Shown here in pieces: positions 37,305 through 45,208 of a DNA stretch of 58,448 nt; position 1 is the stretch's first letter, and the number at the start of each line of letters is the position of its first letter. The notes beneath the pieces were generated by a model. That model made no database searches, was not told the origin of the DNA, and saw only the letters and a list, made by a program, of their open reading frames with translations. A program made the translations under genes and the position numbers. Location: positions 1 through 58,448 of IMG/VR virus record IMGVR_UViG_3300037454_000478. The stretch is one strand, 5' to 3'. The DNA comes from a virus. Lineage: Duplodnaviria; Heunggongvirae; Uroviricota; Caudoviricetes.

Positions 37305-38438
37305 ATGGCAAAGCAACAAGCTGAAAAACAGAACCAGGAATTTGTCGATGAACTTATGGGATTTGATCCTTCACAAGTCGCCGCATTCAACGAACCCGAA
37401 CAAAAGTCGAATCAAAACCAAAACCTTTACAAGACCAATCCGTTGAAGGTTGATTCGAAGATTTCCCCCGATGGTCACTACCACGCAAAGATCCGTATCC
37501 TTTACAACCCGCATGACATGAAGATGTCCATCGTGAACAACGCCCATTACTCAATGAGTGACGCTCAAGGTTTCTTCATGGTCGACAGCCGCCTCGCCTT
37601 CGGTGACCGCAACTGCTTCATGTTCAAGGCATGGAAGAAACTCCACTTTGACGAGAGCCCTGACAAGATCACTGTCGATGGCAAGCAGTACACGAAGAAG
37701 GAGTGGGGCGACCACATGTTCGACAAGGGTGAGGAACGTTTCTGCCTCGTTCAAGTCATTGAGGATGCTAACCAGCCTGACAAAGTTGGTAAGTTCCTTG
37801 GCTGGCGTCTACCAAAGGCCATCTACGATGTCCTTGAGGCAAAGATGCACCCAACCGACAAGTCCAAGGCTCCGCAGGATATGATGAACTACCTCTTCGG
37901 CCCGGTGCTCGAACTCGATGTCACTCCCGGCCCGGAAGATCCTGCCGCCCCTGAACGCAGACAGCGTGAAATCAAGTACACACTCTGTGCTTTCGAATCC
38001 GATCCTACGCCTATCCTTTCCGTGACCGGCGAAGAGCTCTTCAATGACGACGAACGTGATATGATCACGGACTATGCAGCCGCCAAGAAGATCATCATGG
38101 ACGCCAAGGCCACAGCCAAGAAGAAGGATGAAGCCACTGCCAAGTGCAAGGAGCTTGTGGAACCTCTTAAAAAGCTCATGCAGAGAGCAATGGATTACGT
38201 CAAGGAAAACGCTATCAACATCGTAGACGAGTTCGGTTACCACGAACCAAACGATGTCCTCCGCGCACGTGCCGAGAAGTGGGTTGACATTGTCGTCAAC
38301 AAGCTTCAAAACCCTCAAACCTACACCGATGAGACATCGGAATCGGAGAAGAAGTCCGAGAAGAAGGGCAATGGCGGCGAAACTGCGCACGAAGCTCCAA
38401 TGCCATCGGAGAACCCGGCAGACGACCTTCCGTTCTAA
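37305..38438 (+). CDS. single-stranded DNA-binding protein, T4 gp32-like
   Basis: KIRIL, NCFMFKAWKKL, VQVIEDANQPDKVGK, acidic tail ending DDLPF; strong codon bias. Confidence 0.8.
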   Translation: MAKQQAEKQNQEFVDELMGFDPSQVAAFNEPEQKSNQNQNLYKTNPLKVDSKISPDGHYHAKIRILYNPHDMKMSIVNNAHYSMSDAQGFFMVDSRLAFGDRNCFMFKAWKKLHFDESPDKITVDGKQYTKKEWGDHMFDKGEERFCLVQVIEDANQPDKVGKFLGWRLPKAIYDVLEAKMHPTDKSKAPQDMMNYLFGPVLELDVTPGPEDPAAPERRQREIKYTLCAFESDPTPILSVTGEELFNDDERDMITDYAAAKKIIMDAKATAKKKDEATAKCKELVEPLKKLMQRAMDYVKENAINIVDEFGYHEPNDVLRARAEKWVDIVVNKLQNPQTYTDETSESEKKSEKKGNGGETAHEAPMPSENPADDLPF

Positions 38439-38477
38439 ACGCAGCTTTCCAGTAGCCGGCAACTAAACCGGCAAACA

Positions 38478-38521
38478 AAACCACCCGGAGTTGTTAAGAT
38501 TCCGAGTGGTTTCTTTATATA
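38478..38521 (+). promoter_or_regulatory. promoter-like motif embedded in a terminator-like hairpin
   Basis: GTTAAG 38493-N17-TATATA 38516; stem AAACCAC-CGGA/TCCG-GTGGTTT. Confidence 0.72.
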
Positions 38522-38548
38522 TGGGTGTAAATAGGAAAGGAGTACACT

Positions 38549-38719
38549 ATGAACACAATTCTTGCATTTTTGATTTACTTCGCTATCATGATCATTCTCG
38601 TCCCCGGAATCATTTATGGCGTGTATAGGATGTTCTTTTGGGAATCCGATGAGGAATACCAAATTCATAAACTTGAACGAGAACAACGAATGTATAATCC
38701 GAATATTGTCGAATTTTAA
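38549..38719 (+). CDS. small membrane protein (not in ORF track)
   Basis: 56 aa, MNTILAFLIYFAIMIILVPGIIYG...; preceded by AGGAAAGGAG. Confidence 0.65.
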   Translation: MNTILAFLIYFAIMIILVPGIIYGVYRMFFWESDEEYQIHKLEREQRMYNPNIVEF

Positions 38720-38742
38720 ATAACAAAGGAAAGGGGTTCAAA

Positions 38743-39051
38743 ATGAAAACCACAATGAGAACAAGGGTATCCATTGGGATGCTGATAATTGGCGCCGCCA
38801 TTTTTATCGGAGGTATTCAACTGGGAAACGTTGGGGATGGAATCCCTCGTATTCCGGCAGAGCAAGTGGCTCCGGCACATGATGAATGGAGAACCGGCCC
38901 ATTTGGCCCTCATATTGTAACCGTTGGTGGTGATGATACCCCGGGCGAAGCCAAATTGTGTTATATCGGATCCCTGATATTGGTGACCTTTGGTGGTATT
39001 TTTGCCGCAGCCGGTGTGGTTGATATCATTAAAACCATTCGGGATTGTTAA
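38743..39051 (+). CDS. small membrane protein
   Basis: Two TM segments; preceded by AGGAAAGGGG. Confidence 0.65.
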   Translation: MKTTMRTRVSIGMLIIGAAIFIGGIQLGNVGDGIPRIPAEQVAPAHDEWRTGPFGPHIVTVGGDDTPGEAKLCYIGSLILVTFGGIFAAAGVVDIIKTIRDC

Positions 39052-39075
39052 GATTCCCGATGGTTTGTTTATATA
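39032..39075 (+). promoter_or_regulatory. promoter-like motif embedded in a terminator-like hairpin
   Basis: GTTAAG 39047-N17-TATATA 39070; stem AAACCAT-CGGGA/TCCCG-ATGGTTT. Confidence 0.72.
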
Positions 39076-39101
39076 TAGACGTAAACAGGAAAGGAATATA
39101 T

Positions 39102-39347
39102 ATGAACGCACTTGGAAATAACCTCTTTAACGAACTCAAAAACGCCGGTTGGAATGTTGATGGAACGTTCGCATTCATTGAGAAGGCTGATTACACTATG
39201 ACGGCCGTTTGGAGAGAATATATGGACGGTACCTCCGCGGATATCCACGTGTCCAAATCATCCAATCATGCCGGACAGAGTGAAAAACACATATCCACCG
39301 AAGGAAAAACTGTGAAGGGCCTGATGAAGGAAATTGAAAAATTATAA
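39102..39347 (+). CDS. hypothetical protein
   Basis: Start MNALGN preceded by AGGAAAGGA. Confidence 0.7.
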   Translation: MNALGNNLFNELKNAGWNVDGTFAFIEKADYTMTAVWREYMDGTSADIHVSKSSNHAGQSEKHISTEGKTVKGLMKEIEKL

Positions 39348-39361
39348 ATAAGTACAACAAT

Positions 39362-39781
39362 ATGATCTCTTTAGAAACATTTATCGAAAAATACAACGAA
39401 CGTATCGGTTGGAACAAGGAACTTCGGAGCACCATGAACATTGATGTTCTTGAGGGTAATCCGGCAACCAAGCGTATACTCGGCGACTATTTGAGTGACT
39501 TCGAAATCCGGCCGGAGGATTATGAGCCGGAAACCGCCAAGATCTATAAGTATGAGGAAAGCAATACTTACGAACTTCAAATCTATAGCTTCGAGTCATA
39601 CCACACGGTCTACTTTTGGTGCGATCCGGATATCACAAAGGATGAATATATCAAGGAAAGGGTGTCCATTATATCCCGGGAGGCCAAAACACAACTTGAG
39701 GAAACTCAAGATAAAATAAAGGAACTTGAAGGCATTGCCACAAGCATGAATATACTATTACAGGACATTAACAGGAAATAA
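39362..39781 (+). CDS. hypothetical protein
   Basis: 139 aa; coiled-coil C-terminus. Confidence 0.7.
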   Translation: MISLETFIEKYNERIGWNKELRSTMNIDVLEGNPATKRILGDYLSDFEIRPEDYEPETAKIYKYEESNTYELQIYSFESYHTVYFWCDPDITKDEYIKERVSIISREAKTQLEETQDKIKELEGIATSMNILLQDINRK

Positions 39782-39782
39782 T

Positions 39783-40049
39783 ATGTTGTTTAATCGTTTC
39801 GATATTAGCGAGCAGGCACTTCCAAAAAGCAAACGTTCGGAACGCGTCACCATTGAGATGAGCCGTTACGACCTCGAGATCATTATGAGATCTCTTGAAG
39901 AGTCATACTTTAGTGAATTAAGCAAAACACCTTGGATCAACCTGACTCCGGACACATATCCCCCGCAGTACGGTTACAAGGGTAACAACATCACCAACCG
40001 TCTAAAAAGCACACTTGCATACATTAAAAGACAACTCTTAAAGGATTAA
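39783..40049 (+). CDS. hypothetical protein
   Basis: 88 aa ORF in operon position. Confidence 0.65.
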   Translation: MLFNRFDISEQALPKSKRSERVTIEMSRYDLEIIMRSLEESYFSELSKTPWINLTPDTYPPQYGYKGNNITNRLKSTLAYIKRQLLKD

Positions 40050-40054
40050 ATATC

Positions 40055-40669
40055 ATGGTAACACTTAACGAAATCAAAGGATTATCGAATATCCATAACA
40101 TCCCAAAGGAAATCCATTGCAACGAAAACGTTGTCCTCGATCCGTTCCTTTCGGATAACTTATCGGATACACCAAAAACATGCACGTATGATTTTGATGT
40201 ATTTCTTGAGAAATATGGCGTCAATCTTCAACGCCCATATGTGTGGAATCTGATCCAGCAGCAGGAGTTTATCCTTTCAATCCTTTTGGATAAGCCAATT
40301 CCCCCGGTGGTGGTGGTTGATATCGATTCACCGTATAATGAAGGCAAACTTCGCCGTACTTTGGTTATTGACGGCAAACAACGCCTGATGACCATCAAGC
40401 GTTTCCTGAACAATGAGTTTGCCGTAATAATCAATGACCACCCGGCATACTTCAAGGATTTTGATGTTGATGCCCATTGGTTCTTCATTCGTCAAATCCA
40501 GTACCTCACGGCAACCACGTACTACGCCTCGGATGATAGCCGAGATAAGTGGTACCTCTCGGACGACATGAAAATCATCCTGTTTAACTTCTATAACTTT
40601 GCCGGTACCCCACAGGAGGAGACCCATAAGGAAATGTTACAAGATTTTCTCAACAAAAACGAAATTTAA
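40055..40669 (+). CDS. DUF262 (GmrS N-terminal, ParB-like) domain protein
   Basis: LQRPYVWN, FILSILL..PIP, VIDGKQRLMTI. Confidence 0.85.
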   Translation: MVTLNEIKGLSNIHNIPKEIHCNENVVLDPFLSDNLSDTPKTCTYDFDVFLEKYGVNLQRPYVWNLIQQQEFILSILLDKPIPPVVVVDIDSPYNEGKLRRTLVIDGKQRLMTIKRFLNNEFAVIINDHPAYFKDFDVDAHWFFIRQIQYLTATTYYASDDSRDKWYLSDDMKIILFNFYNFAGTPQEETHKEMLQDFLNKNEI

Positions 40670-40670
40670 C

Positions 40671-41003
40671 ATGGATTACAGTAAGATAAAGGAAAGAATC
40701 AGCGAACTCAATAAAGAAATCTTCGAGTTACGTTCGGAGGCCCTTATTGACTACGTGAAGACTCATGGTGAAAAGATGAACCACTTTGTGGATACCCTCA
40801 TCCTGAAGGTTACCGATTTTGAGATCAATATAAGTGCCGATCCATCATGGGATGTTGTAATTGATGAACTCTATGTGAATAAGGCCGGAAAACTATGCTT
40901 CCGCGTATACAACGAGTCGGATAATAGCATCCACATCGATCGTGAGTTCAAACCAAGTGACTCATCAATCATGGAGATATTTTTCAGTTATTTATGTAAA
41001 TAA
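40671..41003 (+). CDS. hypothetical protein
   Basis: Start MDYSKI directly after the upstream stop. Confidence 0.65.
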   Translation: MDYSKIKERISELNKEIFELRSEALIDYVKTHGEKMNHFVDTLILKVTDFEINISADPSWDVVIDELYVNKAGKLCFRVYNESDNSIHIDREFKPSDSSIMEIFFSYLCK

Positions 41004-41012
41004 GTATGCCCT

Positions 41013-41279
41013 ATGACATTCAATGAAGCAATAGAACACCTTATGAATGGGCAAAAAGTCCGTTCCGTATTATGGCACCCATGCTATTACATCGAAATCG
41101 ATAACGACAAGGAATCCTGTTATAAAATTATCAGGGAGGTGTACAACGATATTGACAGGAAATACCGTGAAATAACCAAGGAAACCCTCGATTATAAGGC
41201 ATATTTCAGCCTGAAGGATATCTCCAGTGAATGGGAAATCTATTCGGACAATCTCATGCCTTTGAGAAATAAAAACTAA
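41013..41279 (+). CDS. hypothetical protein (DUF2829-like start)
   Basis: MTFNEAIEHLMNGQKVRSVLW. Confidence 0.65.
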   Translation: MTFNEAIEHLMNGQKVRSVLWHPCYYIEIDNDKESCYKIIREVYNDIDRKYREITKETLDYKAYFSLKDISSEWEIYSDNLMPLRNKN

Positions 41280-41283
41280 CACT

Positions 41284-41640
41284 ATGGCCAAATTTTCAGT
41301 AGAATATACAATCCACTTGGGTGATAAGGTATCCTTCATAGTTCACCGCGATGGATACGAGTACGTACAATTCGGTATTGTTCAGGATATATCACAGATA
41401 CCGGATATATTCGTTGAAGGAATTGATAATGAGACTCGCCGATATACTCGTTGGAAAAGGGATATCATGAATCTCGATATGATCGACTCCAAGTATGACG
41501 ATGCCGGAAAGACCTATAAAACCGAATTTGAGAAAGATGAGGAGGTTGAGTTTGTCCATAAAGGTGACTTGGGTACTCCGGAGTTCGATGAAATCGAATA
41601 CGTCAAACATCCGATAAACCCGAGTAATCTCATGGGATAA
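41284..41640 (+). CDS. hypothetical protein
   Basis: 118 aa ORF. Confidence 0.65.
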   Translation: MAKFSVEYTIHLGDKVSFIVHRDGYEYVQFGIVQDISQIPDIFVEGIDNETRRYTRWKRDIMNLDMIDSKYDDAGKTYKTEFEKDEEVEFVHKGDLGTPEFDEIEYVKHPINPSNLMG

Positions 41641-41674
41641 AATACTGTATTTAACCGCGAAAATCTTCGCCCTA

Positions 41675-41744
41675 ATAAAGGATCTCGCCGACCCCTTCAT
41701 AACTATAAGGAGCCGGCGAGATCTCGCTTTATATCGCAAATATG
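41675..41744. repeat. palindromic intergenic element, copy B
   Basis: GATCTCGCCG / CGGCGAGATC arms, central ATAACTATA, tail TTTATATCGCAAATATG; between convergent genes. Confidence 0.7.
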
Positions 41745-41785
41745 CGTGTTTTATAATGTAATTGTACGTGTGTTTTCAAAGGATT

Positions 41786-42307
41786 TTAGAATCCACGGGG
41801 AAGACACTTATGTAGGTTTTTTGGATCGGCCTTGATTTTTGCAAGGCGTTTTTCCATATCCTTACGGGAGCCAAACCCACTATATTCGTTAGTCACGTGA
41901 ACTTTGAAACCTTTTGTATCTTTACCGGCACCATCTTTAATCACATCAATGATGAAATCCTTAACATTGTCATCCAAAAACCGATCGGATTTAACATGCT
42001 CGATCTCTAACTTAACTGCATCGCCGTAACTTGCACCATCGACAAGTTGATGAGCAATAACATTAAGGACAGAGTGTGCAAGCGACCTGTAGTCACTGTC
42101 TTCCGGGTTATCCTTGTATTTAGATTTGAGGTCGTTTATAACGGCATCAAACATACGGGGGCCGGATGATGTACCAAGTTCAAGCATACTATATCCGAGT
42201 AGACGATCCGAGGTAAAACTACGTCTTATGATGAGTTTATCCTCCTCCGACCAATCGGATATATCCGTATACTTTTCGTTAACGAGATATTCGTATAGTG
42301 ATTTCAT
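41786..42307 (-). CDS. putative internal virion protein (CTS-like N-terminus)
   Basis: Starts MKSLYEYLVNE. Confidence 0.72.
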   Translation of the reverse strand: MKSLYEYLVNEKYTDISDWSEEDKLIIRRSFTSDRLLGYSMLELGTSSGPRMFDAVINDLKSKYKDNPEDSDYRSLAHSVLNVIAHQLVDGASYGDAVKLEIEHVKSDRFLDDNVKDFIIDVIKDGAGKDTKGFKVHVTNEYSGFGSRKDMEKRLAKIKADPKNLHKCLPRGF

Positions 42308-42309
42308 GG

Positions 42310-42537
42310 TTAATTAAGACTTGTTTTGTTATCGCGGCGATTTCCGGATTCGTCACTTGAATATCCGAACCATTTTCTACCATCGGATTCGATTTCTATG
42401 ACGATTCTCTTTTCGTTCTTATTTTTCATATCTGTTATGAAGTCCAAAAGTTTGTCATAATCAATCTCTTTCATGTTCAAAACAAGAGATTTCTTTACTC
42501 CCAAGGCTTCATTGATGCTTTCCGTAAGTGAAACCAT
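42310..42537 (-). CDS. putative internal virion protein (degenerate CTS-like N-terminus)
   Basis: Starts MVSLTESINEA. Confidence 0.65.
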   Translation of the reverse strand: MVSLTESINEALGVKKSLVLNMKEIDYDKLLDFITDMKNKNEKRIVIEIESDGRKWFGYSSDESGNRRDNKTSLN

Positions 42538-42554
42538 ATTTGTATAATGTTTAT

Positions 42555-43187
42555 TTATTCTTCTTTTGAAAAACGATTCTTGATCGGATCATAATAACCC
42601 CAATTCATATCGCGGGTTTGGGCGGACATTTGCTTGGCAAGATCCATATATAACGGATCGCCCTGTGGAATACCAACCGGAACTTCCACGGTAATCGGCC
42701 GGGTGGATACCCATGAGATCTCATTATCCGACTTGTATACCGGAGTCTCGATATTGATGGAGAGTTTGGCCACACCATCCGGCTTGTCCTTATCAAAGTA
42801 CTTTTCCGGTTCGTTGACATGCACCTTGAATGTGAAACGGGCAAGCAATCCGGCATACCATTTATCGGATACCACCACCACTGCCTTATAGTTACGCGAA
42901 TCTTGTTGATAATCAATGTCTTTAACCTTTGCAAGTGTAAAGGAACCATCCTTGGCGGAAATATAGTTTCCGAAGTACATTTCAACAAAATCCGATATAC
43001 GGCGGCGGCGATCCACCTTGGTCATATTGGTACCAACCAACGCATTGATAAGCGGACGGATATAATGGTTTCCGGTTAGCTCACCATTGTAATACTCCGG
43101 TGTGGATACCTTTTGGCGCCATGTGGAAAGTGGCCCGGTGGATATCGGTTTAAGGGATTCGTTTATATATTCCAATAGTGGTCTCAT
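42555..43187 (-). CDS. putative internal virion protein (CTS-like N-terminus)
   Basis: Starts MRPLLEYINES. Confidence 0.72.
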   Translation of the reverse strand: MRPLLEYINESLKPISTGPLSTWRQKVSTPEYYNGELTGNHYIRPLINALVGTNMTKVDRRRRISDFVEMYFGNYISAKDGSFTLAKVKDIDYQQDSRNYKAVVVVSDKWYAGLLARFTFKVHVNEPEKYFDKDKPDGVAKLSINIETPVYKSDNEISWVSTRPITVEVPVGIPQGDPLYMDLAKQMSAQTRDMNWGYYDPIKNRFSKEE

Positions 43188-43198
43188 ATGCGGATCAT

Positions 43199-43570
43199 TT
43201 AATTATCACGGAGATGCGAGATTATGGCGCGAATCACCGTGGCAATAACTTCGATCTTCGATTGTTTACCGCTGTGGGCAAGACTATATGCGGCAACGAT
43301 ATCCTTTGGTGTGAGGTTGATATCCTTTAACCAACCGGTGACATAATCGAAGTAATCGTCAACACGATCCTTATATTCACCGTTCCAAAAAAGTTGTTCG
43401 ATTTCCTCAAAGGTAGGAATCGTATTGTGGCCGGGTAGATACCTTTCGATATCCTGAATGCGTTCACGGTCGTCAATCAAAAGACCTTTATATAATTCGG
43501 CACTCTTTTTGGAAGTAAGCCAGCCTTTTGGCCCGGCAACTTCATTGATGTATTCTTCAAGTGATTTCAT
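43199..43570 (-). CDS. putative internal virion protein (CTS-like N-terminus)
   Basis: Starts MKSLEEYINEVA. Confidence 0.72.
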   Translation of the reverse strand: MKSLEEYINEVAGPKGWLTSKKSAELYKGLLIDDRERIQDIERYLPGHNTIPTFEEIEQLFWNGEYKDRVDDYFDYVTGWLKDINLTPKDIVAAYSLAHSGKQSKIEVIATVIRAIISHLRDN

Positions 43571-43571
43571 A

Positions 43572-43814
43572 TTAATAGATTAAATCGTTAATTTCTTCAA
43601 GTATTTTATCGATACAATTGATGCATCTTTCTTGAAATTTTGGATCATCGGATTTATGTTGTTCCATTCCGGATTTTACACCTTTTATAAATTCCGAAAG
43701 AATGTTTCCACAGAAGTCTGCACCCCACTCCCCGATCCAAGCCTTTCCGTAGTTAGCAATATCCTTGAATTTTGTCTTTGATTCCTCAATAATGCATTCT
43801 TGTAGTGATTTCAT
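43572..43814 (-). CDS. putative internal virion protein (CTS-like N-terminus)
   Basis: Likely start MKSLQECIIEES at 43814. Confidence 0.7.
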   Translation of the reverse strand: MKSLQECIIEESKTKFKDIANYGKAWIGEWGADFCGNILSEFIKGVKSGMEQHKSDDPKFQERCINCIDKILEEINDLIY

Positions 43815-43831
43815 ATTGTATATGGTTTTAT

Positions 43832-44086
43832 TTAACGGATAATCTCCCATTCCTCCTCGGAAAGGTTGTATCTGTATTCGTCATCATCGGCAAATGCCAC
43901 GAAATCTTTCTTGAACGTGATGTTGGTTGGTGGAGTATCGGAATCATCAAGGATGTCAAGAGCCTTGTATGCTTGTTTGAGGGTGATCTTCCAAGCTTTC
44001 ACCATGGCATCGGCGTCTTTCGGGCCGTATGTGCCATTGCCGGATTTCCACATTGATTCATTTATGTATTCCTGTAATGTTTTCAT
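43832..44086 (-). CDS. putative internal virion protein (CTS-like N-terminus)
   Basis: Likely start MKTLQEYINES at 44086. Confidence 0.7.
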   Translation of the reverse strand: MKTLQEYINESMWKSGNGTYGPKDADAMVKAWKITLKQAYKALDILDDSDTPPTNITFKKDFVAFADDDEYRYNLSEEEWEIIR

Positions 44087-44099
44087 ATTGCGTGTAATT

Positions 44100-44510
44100 T
44101 TATTTATCGAATATCCATTCTTTCGTGTTCGGATCAAACCAAATGCTTTTATAGAAGCCGAAGTCATGTCCGTTACTGCCACTCTTATGGGCGTAGTTCC
44201 AAGTGAATTTAGGGTCGAACCAAATCTTACCGTCCTTGGTGAATTTACCACCCCAAGTCTCAAAACGGACATCATCAAACATTACACCCCAAAGACCATC
44301 CTTGAGCTGTGGAAGGAGATTGTCGGATTCAATGGCAATCTTTTGAGGCATTACAATTACATTAAGCTTGAGGTTACGGATACCGATAACACTGCCAATT
44401 GCATCCTCAAGTTCCTTGATGCATTCTCTTGCGATCTTACCGGCTTCTTTGTAATCATCCGGCTTATGATCACCTTCGTTGATATTTATATATTCCATTA
44501 ATGGTTTCAT
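44100..44510 (-). CDS. putative internal virion protein (CTS-like N-terminus)
   Basis: Starts MKPLMEYININEG. Confidence 0.72.
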   Translation of the reverse strand: MKPLMEYININEGDHKPDDYKEAGKIARECIKELEDAIGSVIGIRNLKLNVIVMPQKIAIESDNLLPQLKDGLWGVMFDDVRFETWGGKFTKDGKIWFDPKFTWNYAHKSGSNGHDFGFYKSIWFDPNTKEWIFDK

Positions 44511-44553
44511 AGTGTTAAAATATTTTTAATACCACGTGTTTTTCGATTTCGGT

Positions 44554-45081
44554 TTACATGAATTCATCAATGATATTCCAAATGTATGGTCTATCAATGG
44601 ATACAATACCGAAGAAACCGCTTGATTTAACCCCAAAATACATGGATGGATTTTCAATGAATGATAATTGTTGTTTCTTTAGCTTCAATGCATCCGCCAC
44701 CTTGAAACGGAATACCTTTACGGTATATACATGATCATTATTACCCATCTTAACCTGTCCACGTTGTGGGAATCCATCCGATGTGAACTCATACTCATCA
44801 ATCTGTTTACCACCCAAGGCTTTAATAAATGAATCCACCGGGGTTTTTGAAGTTGCACCCTTAAATTTCATAAACGAATATGTGTTGTGGACATTAAATG
44901 GAATTATCATGGATGAATAACGTCCAATTTCGTTGTCGAAATCCGTGGATTTATCATTATTGATGAACTGGAAGATGATACCAACTCCCTTGCTATCGCA
45001 TTTTGCATTTTCAATACGATTCATGAACTCCTCATAATGAGAATCACTTGCTTCAGATATGTAATCAAATAGGGATTTCAT
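44554..45081 (-). CDS. putative internal virion protein (CTS-like N-terminus)
   Basis: Starts MKSLFDYISEAS. Confidence 0.72.
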   Translation of the reverse strand: MKSLFDYISEASDSHYEEFMNRIENAKCDSKGVGIIFQFINNDKSTDFDNEIGRYSSMIIPFNVHNTYSFMKFKGATSKTPVDSFIKALGGKQIDEYEFTSDGFPQRGQVKMGNNDHVYTVKVFRFKVADALKLKKQQLSFIENPSMYFGVKSSGFFGIVSIDRPYIWNIIDEFM

Positions 45082-45208
45082 AACGTTTTTATTTTTTATA
45101 GTTTAATAATAAAAAAATTTCCTGCACACCAAAAACCAGGGGTGAATTTAGTATTTTATTCCGAGGGGTCGCCTTGCTGACCAAAAAAACGACAAGGGTT
45201 GTTTTTAT

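Noticed and set aside
37809-38462. 217 aa antisense ORF over the SSB gene
   Set aside because: Same codon-bias shadow effect; no protein-like features.
43866-44501. 211 aa + strand ORF
   Set aside because: Antisense to two well-formed tagged genes, TTG start, no motifs.
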